A model generated the notes under the pieces. That model worked only from the letters and a program-made list of their open reading frames with translations. It was not told the origin of the DNA and ran no database searches. 64,000 nt of DNA, taken from the NCBI GenBank assembly GCA_945865925.1, contig CAMBFG010000006.1, positions 64,760 to 128,759 on the forward strand. Reading direction: 5' to 3'. Shown piece by piece: positions 1-8,294 of the stretch. Numbering within the stretch: position 1 is the stretch's first letter; each line of letters starts with the position of its first letter. Both the position numbers and the translations under genes were made by a program. Source of the DNA: Dehalococcoides mccartyi (GTDB taxonomy: Bacteria; Chloroflexota; Dehalococcoidia; UBA2979).

Positions 1-1
1 G

Positions 2-1000
2 TTCGGCCACGAGGTCACGTTCCTCATCGGCAACTTCACGGCACTCATCGGCGACCCCACGGGCCGAGACGCCACGCGCCCCGTACTGACGCGCGAGCAG
101 GTCGAGGAGAACGCGAAGACCTACACCGACCAGGCGTTCGTCATCCTCGACCGCGCGAAGACGAAGGTCGCCTTCAACGCTGAGTGGTTGGACGGCCTCG
201 GGTTCGCGGACGTGCTGCGCCTGACCGGCCAGTACACGGTCGCCCAGTTCCTGCGCCGCGAGAACTTCGGCACGCGCTACGACGAGGGCACTCCGATCCA
301 TGTCTCGGAGTTCCTCTACGCGATGCTCCAGTCGTACGACGCCTTCCACCTGCAGACGGACGTGCAGATCGGTGGCTCGGACCAACTCTTCAACCTGATG
401 GCCGGCCGCCAACTGCAGGAGGCGTGGGGCCAGCGCCCGCAGGTCTGCATCACCCTGCCGATTCTCGTGGGCACCGATGGCCACGAGAAGATGTCGAAGT
501 CGCTTGGCAACTACATCGGCCTCACCGAGACGCCGAACGAGATGTTCGGCAAGGTCATGTCGATCCCCGACTCTGCGATAGTGAACTACTACACCCTCGC
601 CACGCCGCTCCGTCCGACCGAGGTCGACGCCCTCGCGCGCGACCTCGAGGCAGGGACCCTCCGCCCGATGGACGCCAAGAAGCGTCTCGCCGAAGAGATC
701 ACCGCCGTCTTCCACGGCCGCCCCGCCGCCGAGGCGGCCCGTGAGTACTTCGAGTCCACCATCCAACGACGCGAACAGCCCACTGAGATGCCCGAGCATG
801 CCGTCGAGGGCGACACGCCGCTGACCGCCGTCCTCGTGGCGGCGGGCCTCGCGGCGAGCAACGGCGAGGTGCGGCGGCTGGTCACACAGGGTGCCGTTTC
901 TGTGAATGGCGCAGCCGCGGCCGAGGCCAACGCGCTCGTCCGGGCGGGGGATGAGATTCGAGTGGGGCGGCATCGATTCTTGCGTTTGGTGCAGGCGTAG
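2..1000 (+). CDS. tyrS: Tyrosyl-tRNA synthetase (5'-truncated by window edge)
   Basis: Open frame from nt 2 (FGHEVTFLIGNFTALIGDPTG), QIGGSDQLFN, KMSKS motif, C-terminal S4-like domain. Confidence 0.97.
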   Translation, partial: FGHEVTFLIGNFTALIGDPTGRDATRPVLTREQVEENAKTYTDQAFVILDRAKTKVAFNAEWLDGLGFADVLRLTGQYTVAQFLRRENFGTRYDEGTPIHVSEFLYAMLQSYDAFHLQTDVQIGGSDQLFNLMAGRQLQEAWGQRPQVCITLPILVGTDGHEKMSKSLGNYIGLTETPNEMFGKVMSIPDSAIVNYYTLATPLRPTEVDALARDLEAGTLRPMDAKKRLAEEITAVFHGRPAAEAAREYFESTIQRREQPTEMPEHAVEGDTPLTAVLVAAGLAASNGEVRRLVTQGAVSVNGAAAAEANALVRAGDEIRVGRHRFLRLVQA

Positions 1001-1077
1001 CGCAGGACGGCGACGCCTGCGACACTGCGGAGAGACCTCACTTGGCGCGGGGGAATGCGTCCAGGGAAGGCCGGGGG

Positions 1078-1530
1078 ATGATCGACGACGGCGTAGAACT
1101 CGACCTTGAAGCCGTGTGCCAAAATATCGCCGAGGCCGAGGTGATCACCCTCTATTTCCCGCTCCTCGGCCGCACCCTCCTCGTCGACGCACGCTGCGCC
1201 CCTGACACTGGCACCCTCGTCCGCGTCGTCCCGATGGCGCGCGACACCGGTGAGCGCCTGCGTTCTCTCAAGCGCCTCCGCCACACGCTCCCGCGTCCTG
1301 AGTCCATCACGATGATCCCGTGGCAGATGCGCGTTGGCAGTGTCGTCAGCACCGGCGTGTGGGCCTGCCTGCTCCGCCGCATCGATGACCACCCCGCCGC
1401 CGAGTCCTGTCTCGATCATCTGCGGATGCTCGAGCGCACTGAGCAACTCGACGCGATCCTCGGGCGACGGTACGAGGCGTTGTGGACGCGCGTGGGCGCC
1501 CGCGAGGTGGCCGAAGAGGACGAGCGCTAG
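1078..1530 (+). CDS. Hypothetical protein (~150 aa)
   Basis: ORF with host-like codon usage, ATG at 1078 after a G-rich SD; no recognisable motif. Confidence 0.75.
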   Translation: MIDDGVELDLEAVCQNIAEAEVITLYFPLLGRTLLVDARCAPDTGTLVRVVPMARDTGERLRSLKRLRHTLPRPESITMIPWQMRVGSVVSTGVWACLLRRIDDHPAAESCLDHLRMLERTEQLDAILGRRYEALWTRVGAREVAEEDER

Positions 1531-1539
1531 CGGGCTCCC

Positions 1540-3270
1540 TCAGGCCGTCCCGAAGCCCTCTTCCGAGGCGGGGCGGAGGTCAAGCACCTCCAACTGCAGG
1601 CGCGCCTCACCCCCGAACTGGTCCGAGCGGAACGTGTACACCACGTCGGCGTCCTCGCCAGCGGCGACGGCCGAGGTGGCCTGCCTGAACGCGATCGCCC
1701 GCCACGTCACGTTGCCAGCGCGCAGGGCCATCTGCAGGTGCGCGCCATCGGCGCCCACCGTGCGGTTGTTCGCGACGCGCACGCCGCGTGCGAGGAACAC
1801 CGGCGCCGGGTTCCCATTCCCGAACGGTCCGAGCAACCCCAGCCACTGCACCATCCGTCGGTCCACCTCGGTCAGCGGCAGTTCGGCATCGATCTCCAGC
1901 GCCGAGATCATCGCGTCCGGGTCGAGGTGGCGCGCAGTGTCCTCGGTCAGTCGTGCGCGCATCTCCGGGATCCGTTCGGGGGCGATCGAGAAGCCGGCGG
2001 CGGCACGGTGCCCGCCGTAGCGCAGGAAGAGGTCGCTGTTCCGCTGCAGCAGGGCGGTCACATCGAACGCGGGGATCGAGCGGCAGGAGCCGCGCCCTTC
2101 GCCCCCCTCAATGCCGATGGCGATCGCTGGTCGGTGGAACTCTTCCGCCAGCCGCGCTGCCGCGAGGCCGATGATGCCCGAGGACATCTCGCTGGAGTCC
2201 ACCACGATCAGCGGCGGTGGTGGGTCGCCCGCGAGCGACCGTGCCAGCTCGACCGCCTGCGTCGTCGCGGTGCGGCGGTCGTCGTTCAACCGCTCGATCT
2301 CGGCCGCGATCGTGCGTGCCTCCTCGATCGTCGGCGCCAGCAACAGGTCAAGCGCGATCCGTGCGTGCGCCATCCGCCCCGCGGCGTTGATCCGAGGCCC
2401 GATCACCCAGCCGATGCCCTCCGTGTCGATGAGCCGCGGCTCGATCCCCGCGACCTCGCACAGCGCGAGTAGCCCCGGTCGAGTCGTCGTGCGTAGGGCC
2501 TCAATGCCGATGCGGAGCAGGTCGCGGCACTCCCCGAGCAGCGGCGCGAGGTCGCACACAGTGCCGAGGGCCACGAGCGCGCGATGCGGCGCGGGGTCGT
2601 ACTGCTCCCCCAGGCGGTCGTACAGGTCGTGGACGACCTTGTACGCGACGCCCACCGCCGCCGGTTCCGAGCCGTACGAGTTCCCGTTCAACTTCGGGTT
2701 CACGATCGCGAGGGCGTCCGGCAGCAGGTCGGGGATCGTGTGGTGGTCGATCACCACCACGTCCATCCCCAGCCCGTTCGCTTCCGCCACCTCGGTCACC
2801 GCGGAGGTGCCGGTGTCCGCGGTGACGAGGAGCGTTGCGCCCTGGTCGGCGAGGCGGCGAATCGCGCGCACATTCGGCCCGTAGCCCTCGGTGAACCGGT
2901 CCGGCAGGTACGGCATGGGCTTCGCGCCGAGGGCACGCAGACCCTCGGTCAGTACCGCGGTCGCCGTCACCCCGTCCACGTCGTAGTCGCCGTACACCGC
3001 GACCGTCTCGCCGGCCCGGCACGCGCGCGCCAAGCGGTCGACGGCGACATCGAGGTTCGGCATCAGTTGGGGGTCAGTGAGGTCACGCGGGGTGCCGAGG
3101 AACCGTCGCGCCGTCTCGGTGGTGGTGACGCCTCGGCGGGCGAGCAGTAGACGCATCAGCGGCGGTAGCCCCGCCCCGGCGTCCGCGAACCCCGCGAGGT
3201 CAGGCGCAGCGTCGAGGCGCCAGCGACCGCCCGAGCCGGTCAGGACGCGCGCAGAGACTAGGCTGCCCAA
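1540..3270 (-). CDS. recJ: Single-stranded DNA exonuclease RecJ
   Basis: YGDYDVDG, DHH, LGTVCD, PRINAAGR, GGHRAAAG and PFGNGNPAP motifs; exact start uncertain (TTG 3270). Confidence 0.96.
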   Translation of the reverse strand: MGSLVSARVLTGSGGRWRLDAAPDLAGFADAGAGLPPLMRLLLARRGVTTTETARRFLGTPRDLTDPQLMPNLDVAVDRLARACRAGETVAVYGDYDVDGVTATAVLTEGLRALGAKPMPYLPDRFTEGYGPNVRAIRRLADQGATLLVTADTGTSAVTEVAEANGLGMDVVVIDHHTIPDLLPDALAIVNPKLNGNSYGSEPAAVGVAYKVVHDLYDRLGEQYDPAPHRALVALGTVCDLAPLLGECRDLLRIGIEALRTTTRPGLLALCEVAGIEPRLIDTEGIGWVIGPRINAAGRMAHARIALDLLLAPTIEEARTIAAEIERLNDDRRTATTQAVELARSLAGDPPPPLIVVDSSEMSSGIIGLAAARLAEEFHRPAIAIGIEGGEGRGSCRSIPAFDVTALLQRNSDLFLRYGGHRAAAGFSIAPERIPEMRARLTEDTARHLDPDAMISALEIDAELPLTEVDRRMVQWLGLLGPFGNGNPAPVFLARGVRVANNRTVGADGAHLQMALRAGNVTWRAIAFRQATSAVAAGEDADVVYTFRSDQFGGEARLQLEVLDLRPASEEGFGTA

Positions 3271-3500
3271 TGCCTGCTTCTTCTCGAAGCAATCTGCACC
3301 ACGGGGTCCTTGTCTTCCGACAGCGCCTTACCAACATCCACCGAAGGCTTATAGAGGCCCCGGATGCTTTGCGTCTTCTCGACACACCTCAGGAGGGCAA
3401 CCTTCGGCACGGTGTAGGGACTCGCGAATACTGCACCCTTGAGGCGCCTCATCGCGCGCCAGTCTCCCCCGCTGATCCGTACCAGAGATTGCATTTGCAC
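3258..3500 (-). CDS. 80-aa ORF, probable frameshifted C-terminal (helical) part of the RT or a small partner protein
   Basis: Overlaps the RT 3' end in the -1 frame, same AT-richer composition, runs to the recJ start. Confidence 0.5.
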   Translation of the reverse strand: MQMQSLVRISGGDWRAMRRLKGAVFASPYTVPKVALLRCVEKTQSIRGLYKPSVDVGKALSEDKDPVVQIASRRSRHWAA

Positions 3501-4660
3501 TCGCTTAGCTCGAGCAGGCGATCATCATGATCACAGAACTGTTCTCGGATCCAGGGCCAATGAGATGCCAGTCGCGGATCGCGGCTTGCCAGCGAGAGGA
3601 CACGCCTCAAGGCCGTGATCTTCCGCCCGTATGCGTCGTCGTCCCAGCGGTTCCGGAGCGTCTGTACTGCTTCAAGCACTGTTCCCCGCGCATCTAGGCC
3701 CGAGAGAACGTCAAACCCCCAGTACTGCGCAAACTCAGCTGGTCGGGAGTATCGAACCTTCGCGACGTTGATGTTCAACCCGAGGACATTCAGTTCCTCG
3801 CTCGCTCGGAACAGGAGTCGTTCGCAATCGGCCTTCGTTCGGGCAGCGATGACCATGTCATCGGCGTACCTGAAGTAGCGTGCGTCGACAGGATCGCATG
3901 TCGCCTTGATGTTCGTGTCAAAGGGTAGGAGATACGCGTTCGCCAACACCCGCGAGCAATCCCCGATCAAGTCCTGAGGGAGCCCCTTCGAACTCCTTGC
4001 GTACATCGTCACACGGTTGTTCCATGCACCTAGGAGGTACGAGAGAACCTCAATCGCGAGTGGCGCTTCAGGTGCGTGCTGTCGGAGAAGTCGTTCGAGG
4101 CGCGGCAAGTCGATCGAATCGTAAAAGTTCGCGATGTCGAAACTGACGAACCACGAGTCTTCGGGGCTATCTCGGAAGGTAATCCAGAGAAGCTTCCAGT
4201 ATTCGTTCCAGTTCTTTACCCATGCCGCTGGGTTATAGGCGGAGGGAGGGGCATATGTATCATCAACGACTTCTTGGATCAGCCTTTGCGCTTGACCATC
4301 TTCAGTCCTCCGCCGGGCTCCACCCAAAGACCAGCCACCGAACGTGCCCGGAATGGCGTCACGCGCGAGCGGCTCGTCCAGCGCGCGGACACACGCGAAA
4401 TAGACGATGTAGTCGCGGAGATCGAAGACGGGGATGAACCTCGGGACTCCTGCTGACTTTGGTGCAGACAGCAAGCCCACGATTGACCGTGGCGAGTAGT
4501 CGCCGCGAAGGACTTCTGCTTCGAGCGCCGCGAGCCCTCGTCGGCGATTCTTGAAGTCATCAGGAGTACCAAGACGCACGAGGCAGTCCTTGTAGAGGTG
4601 GTCAAGGAAGCTGTCTTGCGTGCGGAAGTCGAAGCGCGGCCCGCCCCCTGCTTCGACCAC
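3449..4660 (-). CDS. Reverse transcriptase, UG/Abi-like (defence-associated type), stand-alone
   Basis: PKSAGVPR (RT1-2), FDIANFYDSI (RT3), GLPQDLIGDCSRVLANAYL (RT4), RYADD (RT5), LGLNINVAK (RT6); no maturase X/En domain and no Cas1 fusion. Confidence 0.92.
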   Translation of the reverse strand: MVEAGGGPRFDFRTQDSFLDHLYKDCLVRLGTPDDFKNRRRGLAALEAEVLRGDYSPRSIVGLLSAPKSAGVPRFIPVFDLRDYIVYFACVRALDEPLARDAIPGTFGGWSLGGARRRTEDGQAQRLIQEVVDDTYAPPSAYNPAAWVKNWNEYWKLLWITFRDSPEDSWFVSFDIANFYDSIDLPRLERLLRQHAPEAPLAIEVLSYLLGAWNNRVTMYARSSKGLPQDLIGDCSRVLANAYLLPFDTNIKATCDPVDARYFRYADDMVIAARTKADCERLLFRASEELNVLGLNINVAKVRYSRPAEFAQYWGFDVLSGLDARGTVLEAVQTLRNRWDDDAYGRKITALRRVLSLASRDPRLASHWPWIREQFCDHDDRLLELSECKCNLWYGSAGETGAR

Positions 4661-4665
4661 GACGG

Positions 4666-5901
4666 TTAGCCCTCGTAACGGTTGAAGATCAGGCAGGAGT
4701 TGTGGCCGCCGAAGCCGAGCGAGTTCGACATCGCGTACTTCAGCGCGAGGTCACGCGGCGCGCCCGGCACGTAGTCCAGGTCGCAGTCCGGGTCCGGCGT
4801 GAGCAGGTGCAGCGTCTGGTGGATCTTCTGGTCGCGGATCGAGAGTACTGCGACCGCCGCCTCGAGCCCCCCGGCCGCGCCGAGCGTGTGCCCGAACATC
4901 GACTTGCTGGAGGAGATCGGGATGCCCGGAGCCGACTCGCCGAAGACCGCCTTCAGCGACATCGTCTCGAACTTGTCGTTCAGCGGGGTGCTCGTGCCGT
5001 GCGCGTTGATGTAGTCGATCTCGGCGGGCGAGATGCCTGCTTTCTTCAGCGCCAGTCGCATCGCGCGCGCCGCGCCCTCGCCGCCTTCCGAAGGCTGGGT
5101 GACGTGGAAGGCGTCCGCCGACTGCGCGTACGAGGTGACCTCCGCGAGGATCGCTGCCCCCCGCGCCTCGGCGTGCTCGCGGTCTTCGAGGACGAGGATG
5201 CCTGCGCCTTCGCCGAGCACGAACCCGTCACGGTCGAGGTCGAACGGCCGGCTCGCCGTCTCCGGGTCGTTGTTGCGCGAGAGCGCCCTCGATGCCGCGA
5301 ACGCGGCGATCGTCATGCGTGTGACAGAGGCCTCTGCGCCGCCGGTCACCATCGCCACCGCGTCGCCTCGGCGGATCGTCTCGAACGACGTGCCGATGGC
5401 GTCCGCACCCGAGGCACAGGCAGAGACGGTGTTGAAGTTGGGCCCGCGCAGCCCGAACCGGATCGAGGTCTGGCCGGCGGCCATGTCCGGAATGAACATC
5501 GGCACCAGGAACGGCGAGACGCGCGTGGGGCGCTCGAAGAAGACCTTGAACTCCTGTTCGAGTGTTTCCATCCCGCCGATGCCCGACCCGATCATGCACC
5601 CGATCTCGTCCGCGTCGGCCGCGACATCGAGGCCGGAGTGCTCCAGCGCCTCACCCGATGCCATCACGGCGAGGTGGGTGAAGCGGTCCATCCGCTTCGC
5701 CTCCTTGCGGTCGAGGTATGTCGAGAGGTCGAACTCGGGCACTTCGCCCGCCACACGGGTCGGCAGGTCGGCCGTCTCCACGCGGGTGATCGGGCGGATC
5801 CCGTTCGTGCCGGCGAGCAGCGCTTGCCACGTCGCCTCGCGGCCCGCGCCCACGGCGCTCAGCATCCCCACACCGGTCACTACGACTCGACGGTTCGCCA
5901 T
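4666..5901 (-). CDS. fabF: Beta-ketoacyl-ACP synthase II (copy 2)
   Basis: RRVVVTG start, VSACASG, HGTST, KSMFGH, NSLGFGGHN; TGATG coupling to the upstream copy. Confidence 0.95.
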   Translation of the reverse strand: MANRRVVVTGVGMLSAVGAGREATWQALLAGTNGIRPITRVETADLPTRVAGEVPEFDLSTYLDRKEAKRMDRFTHLAVMASGEALEHSGLDVAADADEIGCMIGSGIGGMETLEQEFKVFFERPTRVSPFLVPMFIPDMAAGQTSIRFGLRGPNFNTVSACASGADAIGTSFETIRRGDAVAMVTGGAEASVTRMTIAAFAASRALSRNNDPETASRPFDLDRDGFVLGEGAGILVLEDREHAEARGAAILAEVTSYAQSADAFHVTQPSEGGEGAARAMRLALKKAGISPAEIDYINAHGTSTPLNDKFETMSLKAVFGESAPGIPISSSKSMFGHTLGAAGGLEAAVAVLSIRDQKIHQTLHLLTPDPDCDLDYVPGAPRDLALKYAMSNSLGFGGHNSCLIFNRYEG

Positions 5902-7142
5902 CAGGAGCCCTCCCACCGCTTCACGATCACGGCGGAGTTGTGCCCGCCGAGGCCGACCGATGTGCTCATCGCGTACCGGACGGTGGCGCGGCGCGCCTCG
6001 TTCGGTACGACGTCCAGGTCGCACGCCGGGTCCGGGTTCACATAGTTGATCGTCGGTGGCACGATGCCGCGCTCACACACGAGTGCGGCGATCGCCGCCT
6101 CGACGGCCCCCGCCGCCCCCATCATGTGCCCATGCATCGACTTCGTCGAGGACACCATGAGGCCGTTCGCGTGCTCGCCGAAGACCTCGCGGATCGCCGT
6201 CGTCTCTACGCGGTCGTTCAGCGGCGTGCTCGTCCCGTGCGCGTTGATGTAGTCGATCGCCTCGACGCCGAGCCCGGCGCGCGCGAGGGCGTCCTGTATC
6301 GCCTGCGCGATGCCGTGCCCGTCCTCCGCTGCTGCGACCATGTCGAAGGCGTCGTTGCTCGTGCCGGCGGCGATGAACTCCGCGTAGATGTGCGCCCCGC
6401 GCGCCAGCGCGTGTTCGAGTTCCTCCATGATGAGGATGCCGGCACCCTCGCCGAGGATGAAGCCGTTGCGGGTCGCGTCGAACGGCCGGACGGCCTTCGT
6501 CGGGTCCTCGGCGGTCGCGAGGGCCTTCATCGCGTTGAACCCGGCGTAGTAGACCGGCGTGAGCGGGGCCTCGTAGCCGCCGGCGATGATGACTTCGCAA
6601 TCGCCGCGCGCGATGATCTCGGCGGCCTCGCCGGTCGTTGCACCACCGGTGGCGCAGGCGGCGGTGACCGCGAAGTTCGGCCCGCGCGCGCCCGTTTGGA
6701 TCGCGACGAGGCCGGTCGCGGTGTCTGGGAGCATGTGCGAGATGAGGAACGGCGACACCCGCCGCGGCCCCTTCTCCGCGAGGATCGCCGCCTGCTCCAC
6801 GATCAATTGAGCGCTGCCGATGCCCGTCCCGATCACCACGCCGACGCGACGCACGTCTTCCGCGCTCATGTCGATCCCCGAGTCGGCAAGCGCCCGCTGC
6901 GAGGCCGCCAGCGCGAACACCGTCGAGCGGTCGATCCGCCGCAGCAGTTTCGCCTCCACGTAGTCGGCGGGTTCGAAGTCCTTGACCTCGCCGGCGATCG
7001 GGAACTCGTACGCGCTCGTGTCGAAGAGGGTGATCGTGCCGATGCCCGACCGTCCGGCGACGAGTGCCTCCCAGTTGGAGGTCACATCGTTGCCGAGCGG
7101 GGTGATGAGACCCAGCCCGGTGATGACGACGCGGCGGGTCAC
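5901..7142 (-). CDS. fabF: Beta-ketoacyl-ACP synthase II (copy 1)
   Basis: RRVVITG, TAACATG, HGTST, KSMHGH, GLGGHN. Confidence 0.93.
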   Translation of the reverse strand: MTRRVVITGLGLITPLGNDVTSNWEALVAGRSGIGTITLFDTSAYEFPIAGEVKDFEPADYVEAKLLRRIDRSTVFALAASQRALADSGIDMSAEDVRRVGVVIGTGIGSAQLIVEQAAILAEKGPRRVSPFLISHMLPDTATGLVAIQTGARGPNFAVTAACATGGATTGEAAEIIARGDCEVIIAGGYEAPLTPVYYAGFNAMKALATAEDPTKAVRPFDATRNGFILGEGAGILIMEELEHALARGAHIYAEFIAAGTSNDAFDMVAAAEDGHGIAQAIQDALARAGLGVEAIDYINAHGTSTPLNDRVETTAIREVFGEHANGLMVSSTKSMHGHMMGAAGAVEAAIAALVCERGIVPPTINYVNPDPACDLDVVPNEARRATVRYAMSTSVGLGGHNSAVIVKRWEGS

Positions 7143-8149
7143 GGTGTCGTGCGGCGCGGGGGGAGGACGGAGATCGGGATGGGCTTGTCGCGCGCGTCGT
7201 CCAGCGAAACCGCGGTGACTTCGCCCGCGATCCGCTTCACCATCCGCGACAGACTGTGCCCCGGGCCAACCTCGATGAAGGTGTCGACCCCTTCACGCGT
7301 CATCCGGCGCACGTTCTCCGCCCACAGCACGGGCGACTTCAACTGGGCCTCGAACTCCGCGCGGACCTCGGCGGCCGTGCGCAGCAACTCGGCGGAGATG
7401 TTGGACACGATCGGGCGGTCGGGGTCGGCGAACGGGATCTCGCTGATCACCTGCGCGAACTCGGCAGCCTGCCCCACGTGCAGCGGGGTGTGGCTGGACA
7501 CCTTCAACTTCAGCCGGATCGCCTTCGCCTGGAACGCCCGTGCGCCTTCCATGGCTCGTTCGAGGGCGGTGACGTCGCCTGAGATCACGGTCTGCTGCGC
7601 CTCGTTGTGGTTGGCCACGTCCACGCGGTCGTGCTCGCCTCGGGTGGCGTCCTCGCACAACTGACGGACGGCGTCCGCGTCCATGCCGATGATCGCGGCC
7701 ATGCCCACCGGACGGTCGTCGTTGAACGAGCCCATCAGGCGCGAGCGCTCCATGATGATCAGCAGCGAGTCGCGGAATGAGATCGCGTTCGTCGCGACGG
7801 CCGCGCTGAACAGGCCGAGCGAGTGCCCCCCGAACAGCCGAGGCCGCACACTCACGCCCGCATCGTTCAATTTCTCGCGCATGGCGCGGAGGAACGCGAC
7901 GGAGGTGGTGAGCACCGCCGGTTGCGTGTTCTCCGTAGAGGCGAGGTCATCCGCGTCGGAGTCGAAGCAGATCGAGGCGAGGTCGATGCCCGTCAGGTCA
8001 CTGGCCTCTTCGAAGGTGCGGCGGGCCGCCTCCGAGTTGGCATGGAGGAGCTTGCCCATGCCCGGAGACTGGGAACCCTGCCCGGGGAAGACGAGCGCGA
8101 TGGCGTCGTCAGGCGTGTTGTCTGGGGTGGTGGTGAGGGCGTCGGTCAC
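7139..8149 (-). CDS. fabD: Malonyl-CoA:ACP transacylase
   Basis: FPGQGSQ, TQPA, GHSLG, EVGPG motifs. Confidence 0.95.
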   Translation of the reverse strand: MTDALTTTPDNTPDDAIALVFPGQGSQSPGMGKLLHANSEAARRTFEEASDLTGIDLASICFDSDADDLASTENTQPAVLTTSVAFLRAMREKLNDAGVSVRPRLFGGHSLGLFSAAVATNAISFRDSLLIIMERSRLMGSFNDDRPVGMAAIIGMDADAVRQLCEDATRGEHDRVDVANHNEAQQTVISGDVTALERAMEGARAFQAKAIRLKLKVSSHTPLHVGQAAEFAQVISEIPFADPDRPIVSNISAELLRTAAEVRAEFEAQLKSPVLWAENVRRMTREGVDTFIEVGPGHSLSRMVKRIAGEVTAVSLDDARDKPIPISVLPPRRTTP

Positions 8150-8294
8150 GCGGGTTTCCTCCGCGGTGTCCGCCTGCCCCGCTCGGGCGTTACGGACACC
8201 TGTTCGACCCTTGAACTATACCGCCTGTGGCCCTCCCGGGCGTCAACGATGTGTGTACGCGCGAATCTGAGCGTGCTGCCCTTGCACAGGTGTT

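Noticed and set aside
1025..1075. GGAGAGACC...GGCGC resembling the start of a glycine riboswitch
   Set aside because: Lacks the following CCGAAGG and CTCTCAGG elements, and the downstream gene is unrelated
3258..4700. Retron, group II intron or DGR interpretation of the RT
   Set aside because: No space for msr-msd, no VTG motif, no intron domain V or maturase domain, no TR/VR repeat pair seen
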